In this document: piece by piece, positions 1-12,850 of the stretch
Layout of the letters: each line of letters begins with the position of its first letter
How positions within the stretch are numbered: position 1 is the stretch's first letter
The notes under the pieces: generated by a model
Databases searched by the model: none
What the model saw: only the letters and a program-made list of their open reading frames with translations
What the model was told of the DNA's origin: nothing
Source of the DNA: Setoptus koraiensis
Lineage: Eukaryota; Animalia; Arthropoda
Direction: 5' to 3'
NCBI GenBank assembly: GCA_048013815.1
Contig: CM106586.1
Location: 1-64,000 of the forward strand
DNA: 64,000 bases
Program-made: the position numbers and the translations under genes

Positions 1-527
1 AATCGTGTCTAAATTGAATCTCATCAAAGTATCTGAGATTGAGTCTATCACTGCTATTAGGTCTTATTTGATTGCCGCTGTCTAGCAAATTTTGTTCATA
101 CAGGTAATACATATTGCATCTGCGACTCAGTAATAGAGCTTATGTTCTATTCAATTGGTTCACCCACCAGCCAGCTTAACTGTCTTGACAAAGAACTAAA
201 CAGCTGATTGGTGGACAGGTAGCAATGTGTTAAATGAGAGTAAAGCAAAAGCAAAGGCGAAAGACAAATACAAATTGACAAAATCAATCAATGACGGCTT
301 GAATGAGTTTCATCGAGTAGTAATTTGGTAGTTTCAATAGTAGCATTAGTGAAACAAGTGTTTGATCGGATTGGTAGAAATCAAACTTTTGCGAATCATC
401 TAAGTGCCTGCGTAGATTTTTAGCGCGAGCTTGTACGGGCCTCATTATAAGCGCCAGACTAACAAACTTAAAAGCAAAAAGAACATATTAAAGGTTGCTT
501 GTGAATAGTGAATTGAAATAGTGATTC

Positions 528-2828
528 ATGTCGGAAACAAAATACAGGGGACACTGTTGTGTCAATTCTATCTCAAGCACCATAAATATGACAAACGAGC
601 AAGGTACAGATGGCGACAACGATGAAACGACAAACAGAATAAGAACAACCACGACCTATAACGTGCAACCAATTTGGGATTGCAAGCGAAAAATGGCCGA
701 TAGCATTGATAGTGATATTGATGTAACAAAATCATTGGAAATGGCCACTGCAAACAATGATGACGCAATGAATGAAATGAAAAATGTCGACTCTGGCTAC
801 GCTTGGGTCATTTTAATCGTCATGTTTGTCTTAAATGGCACCACTTATGGTATTGCGCGTATTTATGGTATTATATATGCTGAACAAGTGCGCATAAATT
901 ACTATAATCGCGAACAGGCCTCATGGCCAATATCAACGGCCTCAACAATTGAAAATTTGGCTGGTATGCTGACACCGGCGTTGGCACAACATTTAAGCTG
1001 GCGCCAAATAGAGCTATTGTCTACAATGTTGTTTATAGTATCAAATGTGGGCGCCTGGCTAACAGACGCACTATGGACGGATATTTTATTTTTGGGCCTG
1101 GCTCAAGGTACGGCCTTAAGTTTGCATACAACATTAAGTTTGGCCATTAACAACGAATACTTTGTGCGCTACAGAACAACCGCATATGGAATTTGTATAT
1201 CTGGCTCGACTTGTAGCATATTCTTTATGGCGCCAATAATCAGTTGGGTGTTGGACAATTATCCGTTTCGAGTGGCCTATCTGACCATTGCAATTATACT
1301 GAGCTTCAATTTAATATTGGTCTTGTTTATCGTGCCACGCAAAAGAGGCCACAACGACAGTGTGCAAACTAATAATGATGCCCATTGTGGTATAGATGGT
1401 AACAACGCCACTACACCTGACTACAACAACAGTGCAGCCAGTTGTGCCACTAAGAGCCTCGTATATGCTCAACCGCAATCGCGTCAACCACCATTGCAAC
1501 AACCAGCGGAAGCCGTACCAACAACAGCAACAACAGCGCCAACAGCAACAACAACAACAGAAACAACAACGATAACAAAAACAACTAGTGACGGTCAGCA
1601 TTGTTTGGGTGGCCAAAAGTCAACAAAAGGCTCCGAAAATGAAGAATTAAATGTTGCTGTGGCCAGCCAAGACAACCCATTAACAGGGCTCGTTAATGAT
1701 GACGGTTTTTCGCGCAAGAGCGCACACTTGGCCATAATTAATCACTGGTCAAACGGGCCTCTAGTTAAGTCGTCGGCCATAACTGACCAACAGCAACCTC
1801 AAATGCACCCCTGTAAACAACATCCGAAGCTCGTCAAGAATGAATCGTATCTATCAAACATGTCCGAGATATCGCTGTATGGCGACTCTGTGGGCAAGAG
1901 CTTCCACAATTTGTTTAGGAGCTTGTCAAACAGATTGGAGGACAACGATAGTCAAGTGAGCACAATTGATTATAGATGTGCCATTAGTAGACAGTCAACA
2001 TGGAGTAGATCAATGGGAAGTCACTTGTCTAAAATTGTACCACTAGATGGCAATGACAAACAAGTGAATGCTTTTGTTGGCGGTGCACAATCAACTCAGG
2101 TGAGAAAGAGAACAATGTCGCAAAATGACAACGATAGTTCCATAGTGCACGAAAGAAATGGAATTACTCGATCAGGTACCAGAGAACACGATGAAGAACA
2201 AGTGGGCGAGCATTTAGATCTCGAGGGGCTCATTATTATGCTGAAGAATCCCTATTTGCATGTCATTTGGATTATGTTGGTGACATATTATTACATAGCG
2301 CGCATATTCATTATAATATTGGTTGATTTCGCCGCCGATCATGGATTTGATCAAGACCAAAGTCGTGATTTACTCAATTATTGGTCTTATGGCGAAATAG
2401 TTGGCAGAATATTATTGGGTGGCATCATAGATATGCATTGGACTAGTATTAAAAATTACATAACTATCACTTGTGTATTATTAGGCGCTTGTATCGTAAC
2501 AATGGTTATAGTGCAACATATATTAGCTTACAGTATAATGACATTCTGTATTGCATCACTAATATCATTAGAATACATGTTGATCAATGTATTTATAATT
2601 GAATATTTGGGCCAATCTAAAGTTACCTGGTCATACGGAATTGGCGCCTTTATAACAAGCATTTTGTTGTTCTTTAGACCTGTGCTAATTGGTGTATTTA
2701 GAGATCGTCTGGGATCATACGATGGCTTGTTGATTTTGTTAGGCTCTGTGCCCATTATGTTTGCCTTTATAATGGCCATAATTGAGCCTTGGCTGGTTCT
2801 CAAGTGGCCAAAGACTGGCCAACACTGA
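528..2828 (+). CDS. MFS monocarboxylate transporter-like (SLC16/MCT family), copy 1, intronless, 766 aa
   Basis: Single ORF with MCT N-terminal motif DSGYAWVIL, two bundles of hydrophobic TM segments separated by a long T/Q/S-rich cytoplasmic loop, and GEIVGRILLG in the C-terminal half. Start may be the Met at 588. Confidence 0.9.
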   Translation: MSETKYRGHCCVNSISSTINMTNEQGTDGDNDETTNRIRTTTTYNVQPIWDCKRKMADSIDSDIDVTKSLEMATANNDDAMNEMKNVDSGYAWVILIVMFVLNGTTYGIARIYGIIYAEQVRINYYNREQASWPISTASTIENLAGMLTPALAQHLSWRQIELLSTMLFIVSNVGAWLTDALWTDILFLGLAQGTALSLHTTLSLAINNEYFVRYRTTAYGICISGSTCSIFFMAPIISWVLDNYPFRVAYLTIAIILSFNLILVLFIVPRKRGHNDSVQTNNDAHCGIDGNNATTPDYNNSAASCATKSLVYAQPQSRQPPLQQPAEAVPTTATTAPTATTTTETTTITKTTSDGQHCLGGQKSTKGSENEELNVAVASQDNPLTGLVNDDGFSRKSAHLAIINHWSNGPLVKSSAITDQQQPQMHPCKQHPKLVKNESYLSNMSEISLYGDSVGKSFHNLFRSLSNRLEDNDSQVSTIDYRCAISRQSTWSRSMGSHLSKIVPLDGNDKQVNAFVGGAQSTQVRKRTMSQNDNDSSIVHERNGITRSGTREHDEEQVGEHLDLEGLIIMLKNPYLHVIWIMLVTYYYIARIFIIILVDFAADHGFDQDQSRDLLNYWSYGEIVGRILLGGIIDMHWTSIKNYITITCVLLGACIVTMVIVQHILAYSIMTFCIASLISLEYMLINVFIIEYLGQSKVTWSYGIGAFITSILLFFRPVLIGVFRDRLGSYDGLLILLGSVPIMFAFIMAIIEPWLVLKWPKTGQH

Positions 2829-4619
2829 CCAGTGCTCAGTTATAGATCTTATTTGTTGGTTGCAGAACAAGAGAATAGAAACAAACAAACAAACAGACAG
2901 AATCACCCGAAAATATAATGCTGGTTGCTATATTAATTGTTCAGAGACACACTTGTATGATTGATCGGCCCTTGCACATGACAAACGGCCAACGGCCCAC
3001 AGAGATATGACATTATTACATAACACAACATTACATTTATTTAATTGCAACAGTAGCTGTTGTTGGGCCAGTTGCATTACAAGTAGACACAAATAGAATT
3101 AACAACCATAACCATAAACATGACTCATTAAATACATAACTGTCCCCATTGCGAAACGAGCACGGCGCGCAATGAGCGAATTAGTGATACAGTTACTCAT
3201 CGATCTGATAGTGACACAGTTAGCAATTATTATTATCACCACCATTAAAATAATGTATATTATTGTATGTTGTATATAATGTTTTTATTTTATCCATCTG
3301 GCCAAGTTCACAGAAACAAAAAACAGAGCAAATATCACACATGCTCGACTAATAGATTCTAGCTAGAGTGATACATCTCTCAATTGTCAACAAAACCATA
3401 TGGAGCCAACAAGAAGAAGTCCAGTAAATTGTGTACAGCATACTATTATTTATTACATACACATGTATATCCTGTTTGTTGTTCACGAGCAATGATAATT
3501 GTCGTTGTTGCCCTTGCGATATAACCACATGTAAATGAATGAACATATGTGTCACGAGAGTTGTTGTCGTTGTTGTCGGTGCTGGTGCTGCTGTCGTTTT
3601 TGTTGTCGTTGCGTAGTATCTCTTGTCGTTGGCATACATTGGCTATATATTTTATCTATCAATGTATCGATCGATCCATAATGCACACGATGATGTGATT
3701 TGTTGCGGTTGGTTAGCGAGGCAATAGTGAAGACACAATGTGCAATGTGATTTACAGATAATGATTGCGGTAGTACTGTCTGTAATATAGACGTCATCAG
3801 CTGAATGGTGATGATTCCGGCAAAGAAACAACAACAACATCTTTCGGTGCATCGTCCAATTCAGTGATTACAATGTGATTTATGTGAGTCATATCCTCGA
3901 ATCGTGTATCATATTACTGTATTATACTTATTGTGATATAAAACCACATACGATATGTCATATACAATGCCATTAGTGCAACCAAATAATATTATATATT
4001 TTATATATTAGCTACACAAGATTAACAATAGAAAGGCAACAACAGAAAAGGCAGACAAATCTTCTCTATTTGCCGTATCTTGATAGTATCTTGTCTGTGA
4101 TAAAATCAAAAGAAACTCACAAGAGATGATATATATAAAATTGGGCCCATCATGATGAATGTGAATGTGTGTCGATTCCAATAGAACAAAACAAAACAAA
4201 AAGAATAGAACAGAACAGAATAGACGAGACGAGACGAAATAATATATTATTATATATAACCCAGTGATAAATCAATTGTCAATATTGCCAAAGCACCAAG
4301 CTCTCCAGATGACAAAATCACCAATATTAGCATTGTTATGCGATAGCTATTAGCAATAACAAACAAACAAACAAACAAATAACAGACACGTTGCGTAATA
4401 TATTAAGAAAAGCAAGAGCAAATACAGCAACTCGCACGAGTCAGTCTGAGGGGGTGCTAGTCTAGGCTCATGCAAGTCTAGACTCGAGCAACAATCATTG
4501 AAGAAACAAACTCCAGCTTTTTATTGGCCTTACTGGGGCCGCTAGAGCGCGATCGTATAGCTGGCTCCAGGACAGAGTTGGAGCCGCTGATTGACAAACG
4601 AGTAAAACTAACAACAATC

Positions 4620-7068
4620 ATGAATGATAATAAAGAGGCTACCATCAATCTTGTTGTTGGTGATAATAAGTCACAATTTGCAAATTTAGCAACCACTTCG
4701 AGCTCGCCAACAACACGCTTGCATTTTGAATCTTGTAGCGAGCAATCAGTGGACAAAAATGGCAACAATAATGATCAAGATGGCGATGATGAAAATGAAA
4801 CGTCAAAATCATCACACAAGCACGCAGTTGCGGCCAATCAATCAGATGTTGATGGACCGTATGGCTGGTTTATATTGTTTTGTGTATTTATATTGAACAC
4901 GACCACATTGGGCACCCTCAAGGTGTATGGACTGATATTCGAGAGAATAGTGAGATTAAATTACTATAACAGAGAGGACGCCTCTTGGCCTATTGCAACT
5001 GCTTCGACCATACAAAATTTTGCAGGTAATGTTGTTGTCACAACTTACGACTCACAAGTCACAATGCCAATTGAATGTCACATTGTTGACATAATTGGCG
5101 CATTAGCCGTTCGTCGTCAGTTATCAATTGCGACAATTTGATTGGCTACTCTTATGTGTACTACTCTTGTCTATACCACATGCACTTGTCTTGAGCAGAG
5201 GCTGATGGCACCTTTCCTCTTTCCTCGAGCTCCGAGCCTCGAGAAGAGAGAAAAGAGGAGAGAGAAAAGAGGAGATAGAAAAGAGGAGATAGAAAAGAGG
5301 AGATAGAAAAGAGGAGATAGAAAAGAGGAGATAGAAAAGAGGAGATAGAAAAGAGGAGAGAGACCCAAGGTGCACGATGCAGATCGTTCTAATTATTCAA
5401 AAATCTTTTGTTCTGTTTAATTTCCTTTCTGATGCAATATGCTGCATGCTGTCACCACTACTATCAGGCCTACTCACCCCTCTCTTGACAAAATTTATAT
5501 CTTGGCGCCAGGTGGAGTTACTGCAAACGAGCCTGTTTGTTTTGTCAAATATGGGCGCCTATTTTAGTGACAATCTCTACATAGACATAATGTGTTTAGG
5601 TGTAATACAGGGAGTTGCTTTTAGTTTACGTTACAATATGAATATTGTCATCAACAACGAATATTTTGTCCGTTATCGAACAACAGCTATGGGCATCAGT
5701 ATGGCAGGTAGTACGTGCGGTGTGTTCTTTTTGTCGCCATTGGTGGCTTATGTTCTAGATTTAGACAAGCAAAAGTTTCGTATCGCCTACCTAACATTGG
5801 CGATCATTATGGCCTCAAATTACATATTCAACATGTTCATCAGGCCGCCGAGAGCACCCATTGTAGCAGCACCACTGTTATCCGCCGATTCGTCAGCACC
5901 ATCATTATCAGCAACAACAACCATCAAGTCAACGACGGCAGCGGCAGCAGCAGCAGTGCCAGCCAGTCAGTCAACACAGCGCCATTATTGTCGCAACCGG
6001 AAGGAGTCGCAACCGGAAATCACTGTAGCTGCTGGCGGGCGGTTTGATACTGAATATAATCAAACATTTCAGCAACAACAAAACGACTGCTGTTGTAGGC
6101 AGCATGATGATGCTTGCAGTTCCTGTGACAGTGAAAATAACGAGGCCAAGAAAGGTTATAGGCACGATTTAATAACAAAGTCGCCCCAACGACAACAAGA
6201 TAATGATGGTGTTATAACGACAATGACGGAAAAGACATCAAAAGAACGACCAGGCCACGACGATTATTCAGAGCTGGCCGAAAAAGAGGATGAACTGGGC
6301 AGCAAGAATAAAGGAAGGAGAAGAAGAGCAACTAACGATAGCGAAAGTCGCGTATCACTCGAATCTGTTTATGGCAACGACATTTGTTGGCGCAAAATTG
6401 CGCTAGAGTTAATTGAAAATCCATTCTTTCACTGTATCTGGATGATGCAAACGATTTATTTTTACATATCACGCACCTACACCATAATATTGGTTGATTT
6501 GGCTATAGATATGGACTTTGATACTATCAACGCGCGCTCATTTTTAAATTATTGGGTATATGGTGAATTATTGGGCCGTATACTATTGGGACCATTGGTT
6601 GATAGTAATATATTGTCGATTAAATATTGCACCATCGTCACTTGTATGGTGACAGGTATTAGTAGCTTGTTATTAATAGCTAAATGGTTGCGAAATCAGT
6701 ATGTCTGGTATTGTGTGGTCACAATGACAGTAGCTGCTTTTACGTCGTTGATAGCGATGCTAATTGTTCCATTTGCTCAATGTTATTTGCATAATAGAAA
6801 ATTAGTACCATGGGCTTATGCAATGGGCGCATTCATATCTAGCTTATTTCTATTGCTCAGACCTAAATTAATAGGCCTGTCTCGTGATACGTTACATTCT
6901 TACAATTTGTTAATCATAATAATGGCATCGGCGCCTATAATTTATGCTATTCTATTATTAACATTTGAGCCAGTGATAAAGAAACTAATGCGACCACAGC
7001 GAACAAGACGCCGACAGCAACAACAATTCGAACGAGAAGAGAGCGCAAAGTCGCAACATTTTGCATAA
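4620..7068 (+). CDS. MFS monocarboxylate transporter-like (SLC16/MCT family), copy 2; exons 4620-5025 and 5468-7068, about 668 aa
   Basis: DGPYGWFIL motif. Donor GCAG|GTAATG at 5026 and acceptor CTATCAG|GC at 5467 join NFA-G-LLTP, matching NLAGMLTP in copy 1. GELLGRILLG motif present. Start codon is uncertain. Confidence 0.87.
5250..5361. repeat. 14-bp minisatellite (GAAAAGAGGAGATA) x8 inside the MCT copy-2 intron
   Basis: Units start at 5250, 5264, 5278, 5292, 5306, 5320, 5334 and 5348. The first and last end in AGA; there are no spacers. Confidence 0.95.
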
Positions 7069-10000
7069 TCATTGTCAACTGACTTGTGGCTAGCCATTGC
7101 AACCACTTCACTACATGACACCATCGACAATAAACATAATCGTTGCAATCATTCACTTTCAGGCTAGCTTCTTCTTTTTTGACAATATCGCCGGCGTAAA
7201 TTGTTTCATTTATTTATTTATTGTCGACAACAATAAATGTGCTGCGACATGTTCGTCTAGACACTAGCTTACAAGAGACTTGTTAGATGAGATCGAAACA
7301 GAAATAGGGCACCCACAACATACAGTTGTTCTCATATGTACCCTTTATTATTTTATTGTTCGCTGGCAGCCAAGTGACAAAGAGAGACTTTTTCTTTTCC
7401 TTTTCCTTTTATTTCTCTTCTCTGTAGAGCGTATGACACGAACGCTCGAGAGAGGACGCTCTGTTTGCTGTGGCCTACTCTGTGGTGCAAAAGAAAAACA
7501 CCAATAAACTGTTCTTTGTATGCTATTTGACAATGTAAGCCGCCCGTTACGACAGTAAAATCAATTGCACTGACACTGGCTAATATATTTAAAGAGGCCA
7601 CACAATTGAATCGAACAGCTCAATGTCGATGCCATCGTGGTCGAGCCACCAAACTGATAAGTCGAATAGAACCAACTTATAGCCGTCTGAGGCTCAATTC
7701 TTCAACTTGACTCAATGAGTGCAAACTTGGAAAAATGACTTATAGATATCGACTAGTTCTTTTTTAGTTCTCACTGATTTTGTCGATTCTTTTGTCACCC
7801 ACACACACACGCACAGCTTACTAAGCACGCAATTTTATTCGAAATAACCAACAATTTCGGCTTGAATCTTGTACAACGTCTACGCCAGCATCACTAGTAG
7901 CCTTGCAACTACAATAATATATACAGCGCACGAAGCGACAGAGACCCACAAGAATGTGCTTGAGTTGTTGTTGTGAAATGAAGTTGAAAAAGCTGTTCCT
8001 CTCCGTCAAACAATCAGAAGTGATTTTTTTATCTAGATAATTTATTTCTCTTTTCTTGAGTCCTCTCCTCATACGGAATCATTTCGTGGATATTCCAAAC
8101 ATATATTGTGAGCTTACAGTGTGGAGCCAATTGTGCACACAATTGCGCCAACAGAATGCAGTTCAATTTATGCCGTTCGTTTCAATGAGATTGATGCCAA
8201 TCAATGGAATGACGACAGTCGCAATGGATGAGTTTATACCACCAATGGGGACATATGGAAAGAAGGGGTCACTTGTAACTGACGAACACTAACTGTAGTG
8301 GTGGCAACATAACGCTAAAAGTGGTTGCAACGTGGTTATATTTGATTTGTTTGAATACTTTGTCGCATACGGCCGTTATAATACAAATGTACATGCTGTT
8401 ATTATTACGGTCACCAGTTAGTAGTTGTGTTCAATAGGGCAATAAAGGCACAAAGCACCAAGTGATAAACCAATGATAAACAAAACGAAATGATAGTGAG
8501 TCCCTTCAATAATGGCCAATTTGGGCCCATATTTCATAATCATACACTAACAATGTTAGTGGCAGATACACCATTTAGTCTAGATATAGTTGGTGCGTCT
8601 GTTGGCGACTTTGGTGGCTGCAAAATAACAAATTACGTTGGCTTAACACGATTTCCGTTCAGTGACAGCAGTGACTCGACAGGACAGCTTGAACTCAGAT
8701 TGCGCAATCTAAATCCGATGGCAATTGATTTATCTCAGATTATTATCCCAATGACATCTACAAACACACGGGCGTTAGTTAGGCTGACGAGTTCGGCTCG
8801 CTTCAAGGTGTAATGGATTTGTCCAAATGAGGCACTCACACACACATTCGGTTAAGAAAGGAAAAGATAAATCAGTTAGCACCGGTCACTATTTAATGGC
8901 TAGTACAATCTCATTACTCTTGATTTGTGCAAGCTCTGCGTGACATTCATGGCGCCAAGGTGCCATTTGTTGTCGAGCAATCTCGCTGGCATTTGCACTC
9001 AATTTATATCGATATATATATAGGAGGCCAGCTAAATAATGATTCCATTTCGTCGCAAGCCAACACAGAGGCTTAGAGATGTTGTTGCAGTAGAGAGCCG
9101 ATATTTTTGCAGCAAGCAAGAATTGCCATTTTCGCACTATTCTCAGCCTATTCGGTAATCCTTCAATCTGAAAATATAACAATCTAACAAGCTAGCCATT
9201 ATTGCTAGAATTATTGACACCTGTCAACTACTAACGACGAGTGATTGCGCTTCTAACTTGCCAACCTGGGCGCCCCATTTCGCCTAGATGTCGCAATTGG
9301 ATAGTGTCGCGCTGGTTGGATAATTTGAGCTAACATTGTGTGAGGTCATTAGAAGTGTGAGGCGCTAGATGACAGAGTGCAAATAGACCAGGTGAGATGT
9401 TTCACTTGTTTGCATGCATATAGTCTGGCCTCACCATATACAGTGTCTGTAGACAGGCTCAAGTCAGGTTGCACTTTACATCTGACATAATCCAAATTGG
9501 ATCATCCAATGCACCGGTGCAAGTGTAATTGAATAGTGTCGACACTGTCACACTTTGACAGTTGTTTTCATTGGCAATCCATTTGCCTATGTAGCAACCA
9601 AACAACGTTCGTCAAACTATTCACTAAGCAAGCAATATCGCAAATTTCGCCTGCTATTATATCGGCCCAACAAGGTAAGATCTGTCACCTGATTCTCATA
9701 TATTGCACTCTGAAAATGGCTAGATATTTGTGTAATGGAGCATGTTTGTTTGAATATCTGATTGTGCATTTGAATGGGCTCATTGGCATTTTCGTCACGC
9801 TAGATAATTTGTGTTGCCAGCGTAGTGAGTTATGGTAGTAAGATTGGTTAGCAAACAGCCTGTTCGCGCCACTACTAGTCCCGTAATTGATGCTGCACAG
9901 TAACCAGTTTCAGTCATTACAAACAGTTGGACGCGCCAGAACGTTCGGTGGCCACAATGAATGCCTGAATCGATATAATCCAAATTAATATCTATTAATA

Positions 10001-12067
10001 GATCAATTCGTAGAATAACACATTTCTCTGTACACGGTATGTCGTGATGCAGTGTAAGTTGGCATAAGCAATCATTGGATGCCTCTGTTGACGATCGCAG
10101 AGTCATAATCACACAACTTTTGCACACTTGACAGCAAAACTGTCGTTGTGTAATGTCGTCCACTAATGAGCTGACCAAAGAAAGCCTTACTACGTGTTTG
10201 CTATCTGCACACTGATCTCAAATTATCTCCATCGACTGTCTGGTTTGTGCATCCGAGTATTTGTTGCAGTTTACACATATCTCTGGACGTAACCTTCATT
10301 TGCATTTGCATTATTTGCGTTACCTGAGTTATTTGCATTATTTGCATCACTTGCAGTATTGTATGTTGCATACAATAATAAGAAAATTACTAGCGCCAGT
10401 GTTGCAATGCAATGTTATCTCAAAGAAGCTCTTTGAGGCAGGCAGCACAGCGACATTTGACCACATTGGCCGTTGTAACATTTCTCTTTTCTTCTATTCA
10501 TCATATTGCATTGTTTGCATTTTGTTGAGGCTCCAGAACGTGATTCCGTGATTAAAACATAACACGATTTGAGAACGTGTGCCTCGGGCATGTGTAACTC
10601 GTGAGGAGGGTTCGCCGTTGTCCGGCTTGTCCGCATTTGGCTTGACTTGCAGGCTCAGACACAATGGCATCGTCCCAGTAATAACGGTTTTGGGCTCATA
10701 GCAGGCCTACTCATTTGAAATTGTTGTGTGTAAGTGCTGTTACTTATTGTTGAGTTATTAACATTATAACAATGGTAGTAAATCTTCTTCAGCTCTTTGC
10801 AGTGGCCCGGTTGTGTCATATGGCATTGGCAAATTACAGGCGAAATTACAGGCATCGACTGGCTGGCGTTTCTTTTTTTCTGCCTGTCCGCCCAGAAACG
10901 ATCGATAGCGACGCAACTTTTTCAACTTGAGTGGTGCCAACAGTAACATTATGTCGAATTATGTGATGTTAGTTGGTATTCATCTCAAATGATCGACGCA
11001 CCCATCCGATTCAATGCCAATGTAATCATTCTTGTACGATATTATTATATTTATGGGGCCATTTTTGGGCATCATCGTTGGCGCATTCAAAGGGGTAAAT
11101 TTATTCGCAAATGTCGGCGCAAATAAGCCCAACAAAACATGTCTTATGCTGCCCATGCATCGGTAATTGGTCCAACAGCAACAACAGCGCCAACAATATT
11201 CGCAAATGATTTCACTGCCACTATTATGCTTACTCTCGCATCTCAATATGAAATCTAGCCGAGATAGCCGGTACCTCGATAGTCTCAATCATACGAATCG
11301 TTTGTTTGCTGGCATTATACTACTAGCAGTATATTACATGCACTGGTTCGGATCATATCCCACAGTTGCTTTTTTTACAACTGGAAGCTGTGACTCTTGG
11401 GCTTTTTCTTGCACATTTATGCAAACGTCATGTTAAGATTGCCAGTGCCGACAACATGTGGCCGAGAGCATTACGATCGGCAATTGAGGTCCCTATGTGC
11501 GTTTTTTTGCACTCCACAGAGCAATTTCCATTAGAGGGCGCGCAAATGTTGCTTTGTTCATTGTTGATTATTTTCCTTTCGTTTTCTTCTCTGGCAAAAC
11601 TATAGCCAATCTATTCTGGCTTATGGACAGTAGCTAGCAACACAGTAAGCTACTAACAAATGTTTCACTTTCATCGTCATCAACATGGTCAGCATTGAGC
11701 GCATGGTTTGATTTATTTTTCATTTATTTGTGCCCGGTTGAGGCGTCACAGCAGCTTTATCACTTTATATAACTCCGCAATATATAAACACATTACATTA
11801 TACATTTTATTGGCACATCGATAAGACAGCATATTGATAAAATTTTAGTTACAAGTAATACCAATTTACAGTTGAAATGGTTGTTGTTGTTTAGATGAGT
11901 GCGCAATAGAATAGTGACTGGTTGTATGAATGATTGCAACGCACTCACTTTAATCATATTAGAATTAACACGAGCTACGAATAGCAACCGTGATCGGATA
12001 AAACATAATGGACAGAACAAATGAATTGTGTAACTGTCGTGTTATGCCTACTTGTTAGCATAACCTT

Positions 12068-12145
12068 ACAAGGAAACCTGCCGAGCTGATACACTCACAG
12101 GGTTAGATGCAAATCTGAGTGTATGAGCTCGGGAGGTTTCCTTGT
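12068..12145. ncRNA. Candidate pre-miRNA-like hairpin (30-bp stem, 18-nt loop)
   Basis: 12068-12097 ACAAGGAAACCTGCCGAGCTGATACACTCA is the reverse complement of 12116-12145 except for two mismatches. The hairpin is certain; its function is not. Confidence 0.4.
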
Positions 12146-12802
12146 TAGCTTACAACGTTCAGTATGAAGTACCTGTGGGTGTGGGTCGATATATCGGCTC
12201 ATGAGTGCTCGATAGCGCGCCATCTACACATAGCTGCATCCAAACACTATGTTGTATAAAGATAGCAAGCGACCAATCAAGTGGATCAACTAAAAACCAA
12301 GAGCCAACGAACAACCAAACGACCAGCCTAAGCATGCATCAGAAATGGAAATGAGCAACCCTTCTCAACTGACAAACTGACCACTCGAACACCTAATATG
12401 TTGTTATCCCCTATACTAACATATAATAATAATAATAATACATGGTGGTGATTTGAGTACAACTTTATCGAGAATTGACACGTCGAGATTGTCGAGCAAT
12501 GGAGCGTGTTGGATGAGGTGCAGAGTGATTAGGATAAGCTGGCACTAACAACTTGTTAGTAACAAGAGCAAGTTACAATCGAGTGAATCGAGTGACTGCC
12601 CACTGGTGCTAGGTACCAATACTAAAACTGCAAACACTTGTGATTGTTTGATTGGAGGCAGTGGGCAGAACTGGAGCAAAAATAGCTGATGTTTCGTTTC
12701 ATGATCTGATTCTAACTTGCACATTGTGCCTATATAACGGCATAACAATTCGAGGCCACAGGGATGCGGGAGTGTGTGGGTATGGGAGAAGCGTATGATG
12801 GT

Positions 12803-12850
12803 AGAAGGGGACAAGGGGAGGATGGGAGAAGGGGACAGAGGGAGGATGGG
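12803..12850 (+). repeat. G-rich 24-bp near-direct repeat x2
   Basis: AGAAGGGGACAAGGGGAGGATGGG followed by AGAAGGGGACAGAGGGAGGATGGG. Confidence 0.85.

Noticed and set aside
5250-5361. Regular repeat array as CRISPR-like
   Set aside because: Head-to-tail 14-mers with no unique spacers, no cas genes, and a eukaryotic intron context.
8040-8320. Protein-like reading interrupted only by TGA (possible TGA=Trp insert)
   Set aside because: Only three TGAs over about 80 codons, no homology recognised, and neighbouring genes use TGA as stop; compatible with chance.
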